The notes beneath the pieces were generated by a model. That model was not told the DNA's origin and did no database searches. It was given only the letters and a program-made list of their open reading frames with translations. A program made the translations under genes and the position numbers. Below, piece by piece: positions 24,631 to 37,326 of a stretch of DNA of 64,000 bases (its first letter is position 1; each line of letters begins with the position of its first letter). Origin of the DNA: Octopus vulgaris (taxonomy: Eukaryota); the NCBI GenBank assembly GCA_951406725.2, contig OX597836.1, forward strand, positions 7,812,001-7,876,000, in the 5' to 3' direction.

Positions 24631-26280
24631 GTTAGTGTATCTAGGGCTACCTGATTTATCGTGTCTTTCTATTTTTGAAGACAGCAAGATGTGGTAATTT
24701 GAGGAAAATTTGGTTACTATTTCTGGCAGATAAACAGACCACATAGAAGCTTCCTCATTGACTTGTTTTGCTATGGGTCAGCATTGATGAAGTTGAACTC
24801 TGGTCAAGGACACTCCAACCATGACTGTCTCCTCTATTTCAGACATAGAATAATTAGGACTGCATAGACTAATGTATCTTTGTTTTTAACAACATAATCA
24901 CCATCATATCTTCTAACATCCGTTTTCCAAGTTGGCATGGGTTGGACAGTTTGACAAGGAGGTGGCCAGCTTGAGAACTGCACCAGGCTCCAGTTGTCTG
25001 CTTTGGCATGGCCTCTACAGCTCGATGCCCTTCCTCCTGCCAACCAGTTTACAGAGTGTACTGGGTGCTTTTCATGTGGCACCAGCAGGGGTGCTTTTTA
25101 TGCAGTTGTGGAATAGCAGAATTCTGAAAGAATGCATTGCTGTAATCATTCTAACTCATTACATTCTGTGTTCAAATCCCACTAAGCTCAACTTTGCCTT
25201 TCATCCTTTTGGGGTCAATAAATTAGAGTAACACTCAAGTATCAACTAACTGCCCCTCCTTAAAAATGCTGGCCTTGTGTCTGAATTTGGAAACATTTAT
25301 ATTTATGACTGCAGGGATGACTAGGTGGTAAAGAAGTTTGCTTCCGAATCTTGTGGTTTTAGGTTCAGTCCCACTGTATGCAGGGCACTTTGGGAAAATA
25401 TCTTCTACTCTATCCTTAGGCTAACTGGAGCCTTGGGAGGGGTTTTACTTTATAGTAATTGAAAAAAACAAAAACTGATACATATATATATATCTATATC
25501 AGGCATGTTCCATTAATAATTACTCAGAGTAGGCAGTTGGTGACCTTTATGTAGTAAAACACACAAAAAAATAAGTGAAACACAGGCACGTGACTGAGTC
25601 GAAGGCAGAATTGTTAGCATGCTGGGCAAAATGCTTAGTGGCATTTGGTTCATCCTTATGTTCTGAGTTCAAATTCCACCAAGGTCAACTTCGCCTTTCA
25701 TCTTTCAGGGTCGATAAATTAAGTACCAGTGAAACACTGGGGTCATTGTAACTGACTGGCCCTCTCCCCCAAAATGGCTGCCCTTGTGGCAAAATTTGAA
25801 ACAATTATTATTATTATTCTATTATGTATTTTTAAAAAAAAATTGCAAGATAAAATTTGAAGGAGATTTGCTTGCTAATCCTAGAAGTTCTTGCAACCGC
25901 ATGAAGGAGGCTCCATCCATCTTTTCGTTATCGATAGTGTTGCTACATACTTAGTCGTAAGAGGAATAATTCTATTTATAGGACTCAGTTAATTGTAGAA
26001 CTTGTACATAATTAATTCTAGTGGATTGGGTGACTGCATTGAGGCTCCTTCTGTCTTTATGAATAGATAGTCTTGCTGTAAAGCTGTAAGAGGACCAATT
26101 TCGTATACAGAACTCAATTAATTGTTGAACATTTGTATAATCGAGCAACTTCATTCATTTATTTGTTGGTTTTTTTTTACTTGGGTTGCATTACTGAGAG
26201 GAGGAAAAGCCCAATTAAATATAATAGCTTACAGTTTTTCAATATCGGAGAAAGGTTACCTATTTAGAATAAAAGATGTG

Positions 26281-26795
26281 TACTCGGTGGTATGGAAAGG
26301 TTCCAGGACTAGTTATGGTTAATAAAAAAAATAACTTACTTACCGAATCCCCTTTGAAATAGTAACCTTGTGCAGCAATACATCAGACCCAGATTTCCTG
26401 CCACTTTTGGAATTCATCCTGGAATTTTTTATCCATAAGCGAGTCAAAGACCTTCTACGATTCACTCTGGATCTTGACAACAGGGTTAAAACGGTGACCT
26501 TTGAGCTGCATTTTCATCTTGGGGAAGAGATAGAAGTCTACATCTGGTGCTACATCTGGTGAATAAGGTGGATGCAGAAGTGATACCATGTTATTTTTGG
26601 TGAGAAACTCACAAGTGAGGAGAGTTCAGTGACAGGGTGGATTGCCATCATGAAGAACTGGATTCTTCATGCTCCACAAATTTGGTTGCTTTTGCCATAT
26701 GTCTTCCCTCAAATGCTTCAAAATGTCATAGTAGAACTCTCAACTAATGGTCTGGCCCTAGGGGACGAATTCTTGATGCACAATACCACATTTCC
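26281..26795 (-). mobile_element. mariner (DD34D-type) transposase remnant with one terminus
   Basis: Minus strand GIVHQEFVP.GQTI..EFYYDILKHLREDIWQKQPNLW..VLHDGNPPCH..EFLTKNNMVSLLHPPYSPDVAP..DFYLFPKMKMQLKGHRF..CIAAQGYYF. Confidence 0.9.
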
Positions 26796-27239
26796 AGTGG
26801 AGTAACACTCGTGACAGTGCTTCCAGATTGCTCATCGTCTTTCAGGGACATTCTTCTGCTGATGATGATTATGATGATAATTAATAACAGTTTGATTTGG
26901 GTCTATGCAACCCTAAAGTTTAGTTTCATTGGCTCTTTAAACCTAACTCATCAGAGACCTTAAATTTAGGCCTGCTGCATATCTTCTGACTCTTTACACT
27001 CTGAGTTCAAATCCTGCCAAGGTCAACTTTGCCTTTCTTTCCTTCAAGGCCAATAAAAATAGAGTAACAGTCAAGTTCTATTGCTAATACCATCAACTAA
27101 CAGACTGCTGGCTTTGTATCTCAATAAAATACAATTATTACTGAACTAAGCCAAACTAATAATTACTCACCCAAACACACACAATCATGCATTTCACAGT
27201 GTTTGTCAATCTCTGTCTGTATGTCTCTCTCTCCCCCAC

Positions 27240-27279
<40 letters not shown>

Positions 27280-28603
27280 AGTTGCTGCAGGATGAAAGCT
27301 CTTATCTAGACTATTAAGTAGGCAGTCTTCTACAGTGTGAAGTAAACTTGGTTGTTCTTTTAGGGATACAAATATACGATGCATCTGAGAACTTTACTTA
27401 GTTGTACTACTGGCAATAATAATGTAATGTGTATATGTATATTTATTTGTGTGTACATAGGCATGGCTGTGTGGTAAGAAGGTTGCTTCCCAAAGGCGGC
27501 AAGTTGGCAGAAATGTTAGCACACCGGGCGAAATGCATATTCATATTTTATCTGGCCAGCTGGAGAGCTGCACCAGGCTCCAATTGTCTGTTTTGGCATG
27601 GCTTCCATGGTTGAGTGTCCTTCCCAATGGTAACCACTTTATAGAGTGTATTGGGTGCTTTTTATGTGGCCCCAGCATGGTTACTTTTTATGTGGCATCA
27701 GATGATGAGCTTCTGCAGTTTCTGTTTAGTAAATCCTACTGACCAGACATTGCTTGATCCAAATCAATAATAGAAGGTGCAACACTGTGAATGGAATTGA
27801 ACCCTCAATCATGAGACTGTACAGCAAAGCTCTTACCACTCAGCTAAGCAGCATCTACATCTGTTTTCTGTTTCACTTTAAAATGTGTGATTTCCATTTT
27901 GAGAAATTCATTAAACGAACAAACGAAGGTTAAAAACAAACAGACATGGTGGAAATTTCTGGAAATTTCACCAAATTTTTTTCCTTTCTGTCATTTTTTT
28001 TTTATATATATTTTTTATTGTTATACATTTTGTCTATTTTTATTTTTTCTCAGAGAAAATGAGTTTTTCTCCTTTTCTGTTTGGTATCAGACATTCTGTC
28101 TTCAATTAGAACAATCTAAATTGTGGAACAGAAATATATTGGCTTATGTTTTTTCTTCATTTATTTATTTGTTATTTTTAATTAGTCTATCCTGCAACAA
28201 CAGTGGAAGCCACTTATTATAATCTTATGATCATGGATAATGTTATATCAAACAGTTATTATTATTATTTTTATATATATATATTAAAATTAGTGGGTTC
28301 CAAACATATTTGGGACATTATTTATTTCTTTGTCTTAATGCTATCAGCCTGTTATTGCTTTCTGAAAGGTTCTGTTCCAAAGCAATCACAATAAGCAGCT
28401 TCTACTGTAAAATATATATGTGTGTGTGTGTGTGTGTGCACGTGCAGGCATAGCTATGTGGTAAGAAGCTTGCTTCCCAACCACATGGTTCTAGATTCAG
28501 TCCCACTGTGTGGCACCTTTGGCAAGTGTCTTCTACTATCACGTTGGACTGACCAAAACCATGTGAATGGATTTGGTAGATGGAAACTGGAAGAAGTCTA
28601 TTG

Positions 28604-28653
<50 letters not shown>

Positions 28654-28921
28654 AAAGGTCTTCAAGGAGCTTGATGCCAATGTCATTGCAGGCATTACTG
28701 TCAGAGCACAATAAACCAGAACCAAATACCACAAGGCACTTGCCCAACATTCTAATAGTTCCACCAATTCACAGCCTGGGGATGATGCATTTTTTTTTTC
28801 ATTGACCCCAACAGGAAGAGAGGCGAAGCTGACCTCAGAAGGATTTGAACTTAGAGCAAATAGAGTTGTAACAAACACTGAAGTATTCTGTTCAACATTC
28901 TAATGAATCCTTATAATAAAA

Positions 28922-29207
28922 CTGGCAAGGGAGCCCTTATAATTGATCTAGCCAGGGAGCTCTTATACTTGACCTGGCAAGGGAGCCCTTATAATTGGTC
29001 TGGCAAGGGAGCCCTTATAATTGATCTGGCAAGGAAGCCCTTATAGTTGATCTGGCAAGGGAGCCCTTATAATTAATCTGGCATGGGAGCCCTTATAATT
29101 GATCTGGCAAGGGAGCCCTTATAATCGATGTGGCAAGGGAGCCCTTATAATTAATCTGGCATGGGAGCCCTTATAATTGATCTGGCATGAGAGCCCTTAT
29201 AATTGAT
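28922..29207. repeat. Minisatellite, about 11 x 26-bp unit ctggcaagggagcccttataattgat
   Basis: Head-to-tail units without spacers. Confidence 0.95.
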
Positions 29208-31129
29208 GTGTGTGTTTGTGTCCAGTGTTGCTGTGTTTACATTCCTGTAACTTAGTAGTTTGGTAAAAGTGACCAATGGAATAAGTCTTAGGCTTAAAAG
29301 AAAAAAAAATATAAATACTAAGGCCAGTTCATTTGACTAAAGATTCTTCAAGGTGGTGCTCCAGCATGGCCACAGTCTGGTGATTGAAACAAGTAAAAGA
29401 TAAAAGAAATAGGCGCAGTTATGGCTGTGGTGTTTAAGAAGTTTGCTTCCCAGCCATGTGATCCTGGTTCAGTCCCATTGCATGGCATGTTATGCAGATG
29501 TCTACTATTATAGCTACCATAGTCCCAGCCTTCTGAGTTGTAGATGGAAACTGAAAGAAGCCTGTTGTGTGTGTGTTTGTGTTTTGACATCATGGGACAG
29601 TTGTAAATATGTATCACCATCATAAAATTGCTATTATTCATATCCACCTTAGGCAAGTTTCTTCTATGATAACCTCAGGCCAACCAAAGCTTTGTGAGTG
29701 GATTTTACTGATGGAAACTGAAAGAAGCCTGTTATATCATCATTGTTTAATGTTCGCTTCCATGCTAGTATGGGTGGGTGAGATGGTTTTACAAGAGCCA
29801 GCCAGGCAGAAACCTGCACCAGACTGTTTTGGCAGGATTTTTACAGCTGGATGCCCTTCTTAACACCAACCACTTTACATTGTGGACTGGGTACTTTTAA
29901 GTGGTACCTGCATTGACAGGGTTACTAACTGCTTGCAAGACAAAAACAAAAATTCCAAGAGGGGAGGGGCATTAGTGGAAGTGATCTTGTGTCAGATAAT
30001 AAAAGATTATAGTACGACAGAGAGATGGGAACAGGTGTCTTGCTGTAGAGGAAGTACAAGGTTACTCAGCCAGAGAGAGAGCGAGAGAGAGAGAGAGATC
30101 AGGAATGAGGACAGAAACAGGTGCACTACTGCAAAGGAAATACATGGTTATCCAAAGTGAGGGAGATGCAGGTGTGGGAGACAGCAGGATGGAGATGGTG
30201 GCAAAATGCCGGACATACTCACAAGAGACAGAGATCAGAATATAAATGGGATGGTTGAGTAAAAGAAGAGAGAAATATAGATGGTGGCAAGTGCCAGGGC
30301 ACACCCTTGAGGTTTGAAACGCCATAATATAAGTGGCAGGATACTGCAAAGGAAATGCGATTAAAGAGTGTGGAGGGGGGAGTGGTGAAAACCTGGGAAG
30401 TGTTCTTGTTAAGTGTGGGTGGGACGAACACTCAGTGCTTCTAGAACTCAGTTTCGCTGACATGGGCAAGTCTTCTCTAGGACTTCATATCGCCAGACAT
30501 CTCAGTCCATTGTCATTTCCTCCGTATGCCCAGCAACCTGAGATTGGCTCTTACTATATGTATATAATCATTGTGTGTGTGTCTTTGTGTCGTTGTTACC
30601 CACCACTGCTTGACAACCAGTGTTGGTGCGTTTATGTCCCTGTTACCTAGTGGTTTGGCAAATGAGACCAATAAAACAAATACCAGGCTTTAAAAGAGAA
30701 AAAAGTTCTGGGGTTGATTTGTCCAGCTAAAACCATTCAGGGTGGTGCCCCAACATGGCTGCGGCCAAGTAACTAAAACAAGTAAAAGAACGATATGTGT
30801 GTGTGTATGTATGTATGTGTGTATATATGTATGTATGTATGTATGTATATATATATACATATATATATCAGTGTACTTATGTTTTTTTGTGATTTTTTAT
30901 TTTGTATAAAGGTGTCAATAGGTTTCTAAGTACATGTATAACCTTGTCGCTGACAACCTAGTGACAGAGATATTTTTAATAAAAAATATTTTTCAAGGAA
31001 GCAAAATTATAAACCAATTTATTTGATTTGCAAAGATGTTGCTTCTCAGTTACTAATTCAAACAAACCTAGACAAACATTACAATAAAAGACACAAAAAT
31101 CGAAGTTTACCAGTACTTTTATAATTACC

Positions 31130-31590
31130 ATTGTTGCCTAACCTCAGATCAGCCCTTTGATCCAGCAGGTCTGTGATTAAAGGTGGATCAACCTTAGCCA
31201 GTTTGTTGTTGCCTAGCTGTAGACCAACCCTTTGATCCAGCAGATCTGTGATCAAAAGTGAATCAGCTGTAATCAACTTGCTGCCTAATCTTGGATCAGC
31301 CCATTGATCCAGCAGATCTGTGATCAAAGGTGAATCAGCCTTGGCCAGCTTGTTGTTGCCTATTCTTGGATCAACCCTTTGATCCAGATGAACTGTGATC
31401 AAAAGTGAATCGGCTGTAATCAGCTTGTTGTTGCCTAATCTCAAATCAGCCCTTTGATCCAGCAGATCTGTGATCAAAGGTGAATCAGCCTTGGTCAGCT
31501 TGTTGTTGCCTAAACTCAGATTAGCTCTTTGACCCAGTAGATCTGTGAATTGACGGTGAATCAGCCATGGTCAGCTTGATGTTGTTGCTG
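31130..31590 (-). repeat. About 6 x 75-bp tandem array derived from the 3' end of family D; open frame encodes a 25-aa LRR-like repeat
   Basis: Unit ttgttgttgcctaa..gatcagccctttgatccagcagatctgtgatcaaaggtgaatcagccttggccagc; ORF 31079-31477. Confidence 0.9.
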
Positions 31591-32257
31591 AGCAGCAAAG
31601 TTACACAGATGTAAACAAACCTACACCAGCTGGCAGATGATGAGTGATAAATGCAACAGAAATACACACACACACAGACGCATGCACAAACATTGATGTT
31701 TACAAGGAAGAGCATGAAAGATATAAGTGGATCAGTGAATCTAGACGCATGCTTATGTTGTTAAAACGATGAAGCAAAAATGTCTTGTTGATGAACATAT
31801 GCCTTGATCAAGCTCTCACGACCAGAATAGAATCTGGAGACTGATCCAGTGTAACTCAATCACCTTTAGAAATGGCTCTGACTGTTCAAGAAATCAACAG
31901 CGCATTACTTGAAACGACTTGAAATAATTCTTATCTTATCTGCATTGACTGTGGATTTCTTGTTACAAAGTCGACTTTTATTTATTTATTTATTTATTTA
32001 AAAAAAAAAAAAATGTAAATTTTAAGAAAGAAGTGCATTTATCTAAATAATTGACTTGTTTGTGATTCTATCAATGATTTTTTTTTTCCCCTTATGTAAA
32101 GTATCAAGTCTTTTGAGATGCAGAGGGGGGGAAGGGGAAGGGTGGGGGGGCGAGTTTTAGCTTTCAATTTTTAACTGCTAAACATTTTAGCTCCTTTCTG
32201 TCTGTATAACTTGTTCCAATACATATTTCTGTCACTGTGACATTGAAATAAACTGAT

Positions 32258-32304
<47 letters not shown>

Positions 32305-32604
32305 TCCAAATAGCTGCGATTTATCAAATTCGAAGCGAAAAGTATTTGTCAGCTTCTAATTGATTTCTCAAACTGTCAATTATTTTCAAAACATGTCTGT
32401 AATTTTCACAATACAATAAAAGAGAGAAAAAAAAGAGAAAAAAAAAATACATAACAAATATGATACAGAAAAAAAAAATTAAACAATAACAGGAAAATAA
32501 ACAAATAAAAACAGAAACCAGTCTCTTTGAATGAATGCTGTGAAAACTGCCAACAGCTTAAACAGGGCTATTTTCTTTTGATAATCGCAAACAACTAGAA
32601 CAAA

Positions 32605-32610
32605 ATGCAC

Positions 32611-32661
<51 letters not shown>

Positions 32662-32832
32662 CATACATACACATATATTTGCACATGCATAGTTATGTAT
32701 GTATCGACACACACACACACATATATATATATACACCTATTTACATATATATATAAATATGTGCATGTGTGTGTTTATATATGTGTATATATATAATGTA
32801 TATATATGTGTGTATTTATATATGTGTGGGTA

Positions 32833-32893
<61 letters not shown>

Positions 32894-32948
32894 ATGTATA
32901 TGTATGTATATATATATATGCATATATATATATATTTATATATATATG

Positions 32949-32980
<32 letters not shown>

Positions 32981-33082
32981 TGTATATATATATATATATA
33001 TGTATGTATATATTTATGTATATGTATGTATGTGTATATATATGTATGTGTATATATATATGTATGTGTATATATATATATG

Positions 33083-33131
<49 letters not shown>

Positions 33132-33283
33132 ATATATTTGTATATATGTATATATATATGTATGTGTGTGTATGTATGTCTATGTGTATGTATGTATACA
33201 CACACACACACACATATATATACATATATACATATACATCATACACACACACACACACATATATATATATGTATGTATGTATC
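32605..33283. repeat. About 680-bp compound (TA)n/(TATG)n/(CA)n microsatellite
   Basis: Direct observation; source of the long Y/I-rich ORFs. Confidence 0.95.
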
Positions 33284-34453
33284 CAAAAATGAAATTCTCC
33301 AGCATTTTTCTTTTTCTCTGAGATACCTATATTACCAATACAACAGTGCATAAATCGGTTATATTTATAGCATAATATAAAATTGTGATAAATGGTATTT
33401 TTTTTTCTTTGTACGGCACCACCGAAGCACCGAATTAAATGGCTATTTCAAAATAATAATAATAGTAATAATAATAATGATGATGATAAATATATAAAAT
33501 AAAGAAAGTTCTGTTAGAATTGTTGACTGTTGTCCTTTATAGATGTGTGTGACCAATATTTTTTCAGGTTTGAGGAAATAAAGAATGAAAAAAAGTAGAA
33601 ATATATATAAAAAAAAAATCCATGTAAATTGACATTGTCTCGAAACTAACTGTGATTCTATAAAAACCAAGTCTAAAGACTGTTGTGTGTTCTGTTGAGC
33701 AAAACTAATTTTATATCACACTTATTTTTATATATCCATGGTTACCAATGTGAAAATGACCTTCTTTTCCAACGTTTAGTGTATACGTACATGTCTCGTC
33801 TTGTCTTTTCTTCTCACAGATATAAACCTTAACTTAGTGTTCAGTTTTTTATGTTTCACATTTGTTCTTTTTATTCTTTGACTTGTTTCTCTCATGTGTC
33901 TGTGGCCATGCTTGGGCACTGCCTTCAATGGCTTATTTTTGGTTTTTATCCAATTATCTGACCTAGATGCTCTTTCTGTTGCTAACCCTCTTCTCTTTCC
34001 AAGGAGGCAATATTTCTCCATGGCTGGACACGTTTTCACAACAGATTGGAAACAAAAAAAAAATACTACCTGTAAAATGGTGATACTCATTTTACAACTA
34101 CGATGGTAATCAAGACACCACACACACACACAATCATGCTCACCTGCAAATATATCTAATAATGGTTTCAAATTTTACCTCAAGACCAGCAATTTCATGT
34201 GGGGAGGGAGAGTCAATTATATCAATCCCCATACTCAACACCAAAAGGATGAAAGGTGAAGTTGACCTCAATGGAATTTGAACTGATAATGTAAAGACAA
34301 ACGAAACTGCATCAAACATTTTACCTGGCATGCTAACGACTCTGCCAGCTTGCCACCTTATATATAATAATGGCATGTAAATGTTGGATTTATACTTTTG
34401 GACCAAAGCAATCCTTTGAAATTCTTTATCCATCTTTGAAGCTTTGTTCTTAC

Positions 34454-34589
34454 CAGTGCCCTGTGATAGTTAAGTTGTGAGGCCTCTTACTTGGACAGGG
34501 CCCCATTGACCAGAAGACCCTTACAGAGCCCCTGGACAACGGGACCCTGTGCTTAAGCACACCTAAGCACAATGGTAAATCCAGTGCTG
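34454..34589. mobile_element. 136-bp hAT-type MITE with perfect 8-bp TSD
   Basis: gttcttac|cagtgcc...aatggtaaatccagtgctg|gttcttac; the right end resembles those of 48863-49282 and 53110-53438. Confidence 0.8.
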
Positions 34590-34776
34590 GTTCTTACCTG
34601 CAAGAATTGTATGTTCTTGACATGATAAAAATTTATAAATTTTTAGAGAATGTGAAATAATTCATTTTTAACTGTAGAGCTTGAAGTAGATGAAGCTATA
34701 AAAAATAGTTCATGAATACATCAAAAACAAACAACATTAGATATCATCACCACCATCATTTAACATCATCCATTAA

Positions 34777-35002
34777 CCCTCTTGCTACCACATTTCAGTT
34801 GATTTCCACTGATTTTGTTTCAATTAATTTTGAAAATTATAATAACATTTTTTAAAATAACTTTGTCAGCATTAAGTTGGTGTTTTGAAAATAAATTAAC
34901 CTGAAATTTTGAAGGAAGGTTTTAATTTAGATCACTTTAAAAAATAAGAAGTTTGTATCAGAACAAAGAGCAGTTTCAGTGGGTGAGGTAGTATCAAAAG
35001 GG
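34777..35002. mobile_element. piggyBac-type MITE
   Basis: TTAA|ccctcttgctacc ... gtatcaaaaggg; interior homologous to 5387-5841 and 44422-44625. Confidence 0.7.
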
Positions 35003-35024
35003 TTTTAAAAAATATCTTCTATTA

Positions 35025-35184
35025 GGCCCAGGCATGGCTGAGTGGTAAGAAGTTTGATTCCGTACTACATGACTCTGAGTTCAGTCCCACCGTATGGCAC
35101 CTTGGGTGAGTGTCTTCTACTATAACCTCTTGTCGACTAAAGCTTTGTGAGTGGATTTGGTAGATGGAAACTGAAGGCAGCCCG

Positions 35185-35237
<53 letters not shown>

Positions 35238-35465
35238 CATGTGTTTGTTTCTGTGTTTGTCCCCCACCACTGCTTGATAACCAGTGATAGTGTGTTTATA
35301 TCCTCATAACTTAGTGGTTTGGCTAAAGAGACCGATCGAATAAGTGCCAGTGTTCAGCAAAAAAAAAAAATGGACTAGGATCAATTCATTCAACTAAAAA
35401 ACCTTCAAGGAGGTGCCCCAGCTTGGCCATTGTCTAGTGACTAAAAGAAGTAAAAAATAGAAGAT
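35025..35465 (+). mobile_element. SINE family A
   Basis: Full-length diverged match to 24199-24630. Confidence 0.85.
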
Positions 35466-36534
35466 ATTAAGGGTACATAGTAAGCATTTTAGAGGTATTC
35501 TGTTGAGGGTAGATAGTAAACACTGAACAAGTTCTCCATTAGGGGTAGACAGCAGACATTAAAGAAGGCTTAAACTTTGGGTAGATTGCAGCGAGGGAAG
35601 TCTTGTATCAAATTCAAAGACTCAAAGATGCTATGTTTGTAATCACTAACAACGAAATTGGTTATTAAGTTTAATAGTAGTTAGTGTTTTGTTAGTATTA
35701 AAATAGTTGGATTCTGTTGGTGTCAGTATTAATACAATAACGACCATTGAAATGAACTAAGTTAATTACCATGGAGCTAATTACAGATTACTAGTAAACA
35801 GCATGAGATACGTCTTGTTTAGAGACTTATCTTACTCTGCAGGAAGGAAAATTGCTTCATTCAGGAACCTAATTGGCAACAACAGTGTTAAACAGCACAA
35901 ACAAAGGTTTGTGTGTATTGATAAGTAATTTCTCTAAACTTGTATGTGTATATATATATATATATTCTTGTTGGTGGGGGCTGTTATTGGAGGTGGTGAG
36001 GGGAGAGGTCGATTAATTATACATTGAAATTAGTAAAGTCTGTGAGCCTCGCCTCGTATATATGATGATACACACATGTGCTTGCACACATACACACACA
36101 CACTCACACGCTCTCTCTCGGTATAAAAACGAGTAAGAATATGCATCACATCACTCTTACTACATCCAACATTGTTATCATCATCATTTAACCTGAGTGT
36201 TCCATGCTGGCATGGATTGTCTGGTTGGACAGGATCCAATGGGTCTAAGACCTGCATCATGTTCCAATGTCTTCTTTGGCATCATTCCTACAGCTTGATG
36301 CCCATTCTCTTGCCTGACAACTACTCTATAGCATACACTAAATGCATTTTTTTCCCTGGCAACTGTACTAGAGAAGTTGCTATAAAACCTTCGAGACTAA
36401 GATCCCTTTTGACTGAGTTGGGGTACAGTTGGGAAAATGGCAGCTTTTTGCTATGAACTCAGAACATAGCGCCAGGCAAAATGCCACTAAGCATTTTACC
36501 CAGTGTGCTAACGGTTCTGCCAGTTCACTGCCTC

Positions 36535-36567
<33 letters not shown>

Positions 36568-37292
36568 TACTACTACTACTACTACGGCCCCAGAGTTCAG
36601 CTAGAGTGTATTTTATTGACTCCTGAAAGAGATGAAAGGTAATGTCAGCCTTGGCAGAAATTGAACTCAGAACAGAAGGATGGATGAAATGTGACCAAGC
36701 ATTTTGTCTGGTGTCAGTTGGTATGCTAGAAATAGCTGCCAATCTCCATCACATACATCCTAAATGATGGTATCTATTATACTTTTTCTTTTACTTGTTT
36801 CTGTCATTGAAGCGTGGCCATGCTACGATTTTGCTCGAAAGTGTTTAATTGAACAAATTGCACTCAGCACTGAAGTGTTTTTTAAAGTCTGGCACTTATT
36901 CTATTGGTCTCTTTTGCCGGACTGCTAAGTTACAGGAATACCAGGAAACCAAAACCAATTGTCATGCAATGATGGGCTTTCACAAAGTTTCTGTCTATCA
37001 GACTCATTCACGAAAACTATAACAAATCACACGTACCCAAGATGCCATGCAGTGGGACTGAACCCAGAGACCATTTGGTTGCAAAGCAAGCTTTTTAACT
37101 TCACAGCCATGTCTGTGCCAATGGCCATGGCTGGATTGCTTTCAAACTAAAAACTGCCCTGTCAGAGTTGACCCAGATGCTTGACATCAACAACAATGGC
37201 AACAATAAAATGCAAAGTAGTCTTAAGCTTGTTCACTCTACTAATTTCCTGTTTTAAAATTTTTCCTAAATGACTTTTGTCATTAGACATTC

Positions 37293-37326
<34 letters not shown>

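Noticed and set aside
28922-29207. CRISPR-like regular repeat with an internal palindrome
   Set aside because: Units are contiguous with no unique spacers, no cas genes, and the context is eukaryotic.
32479-33353. Long ORFs of 170-204 aa rich in Y/I/C/M/H/T
   Set aside because: Translations of TA/TG microsatellite; the same applies at 15390-15690, 38264-38684 and 50306-50530.
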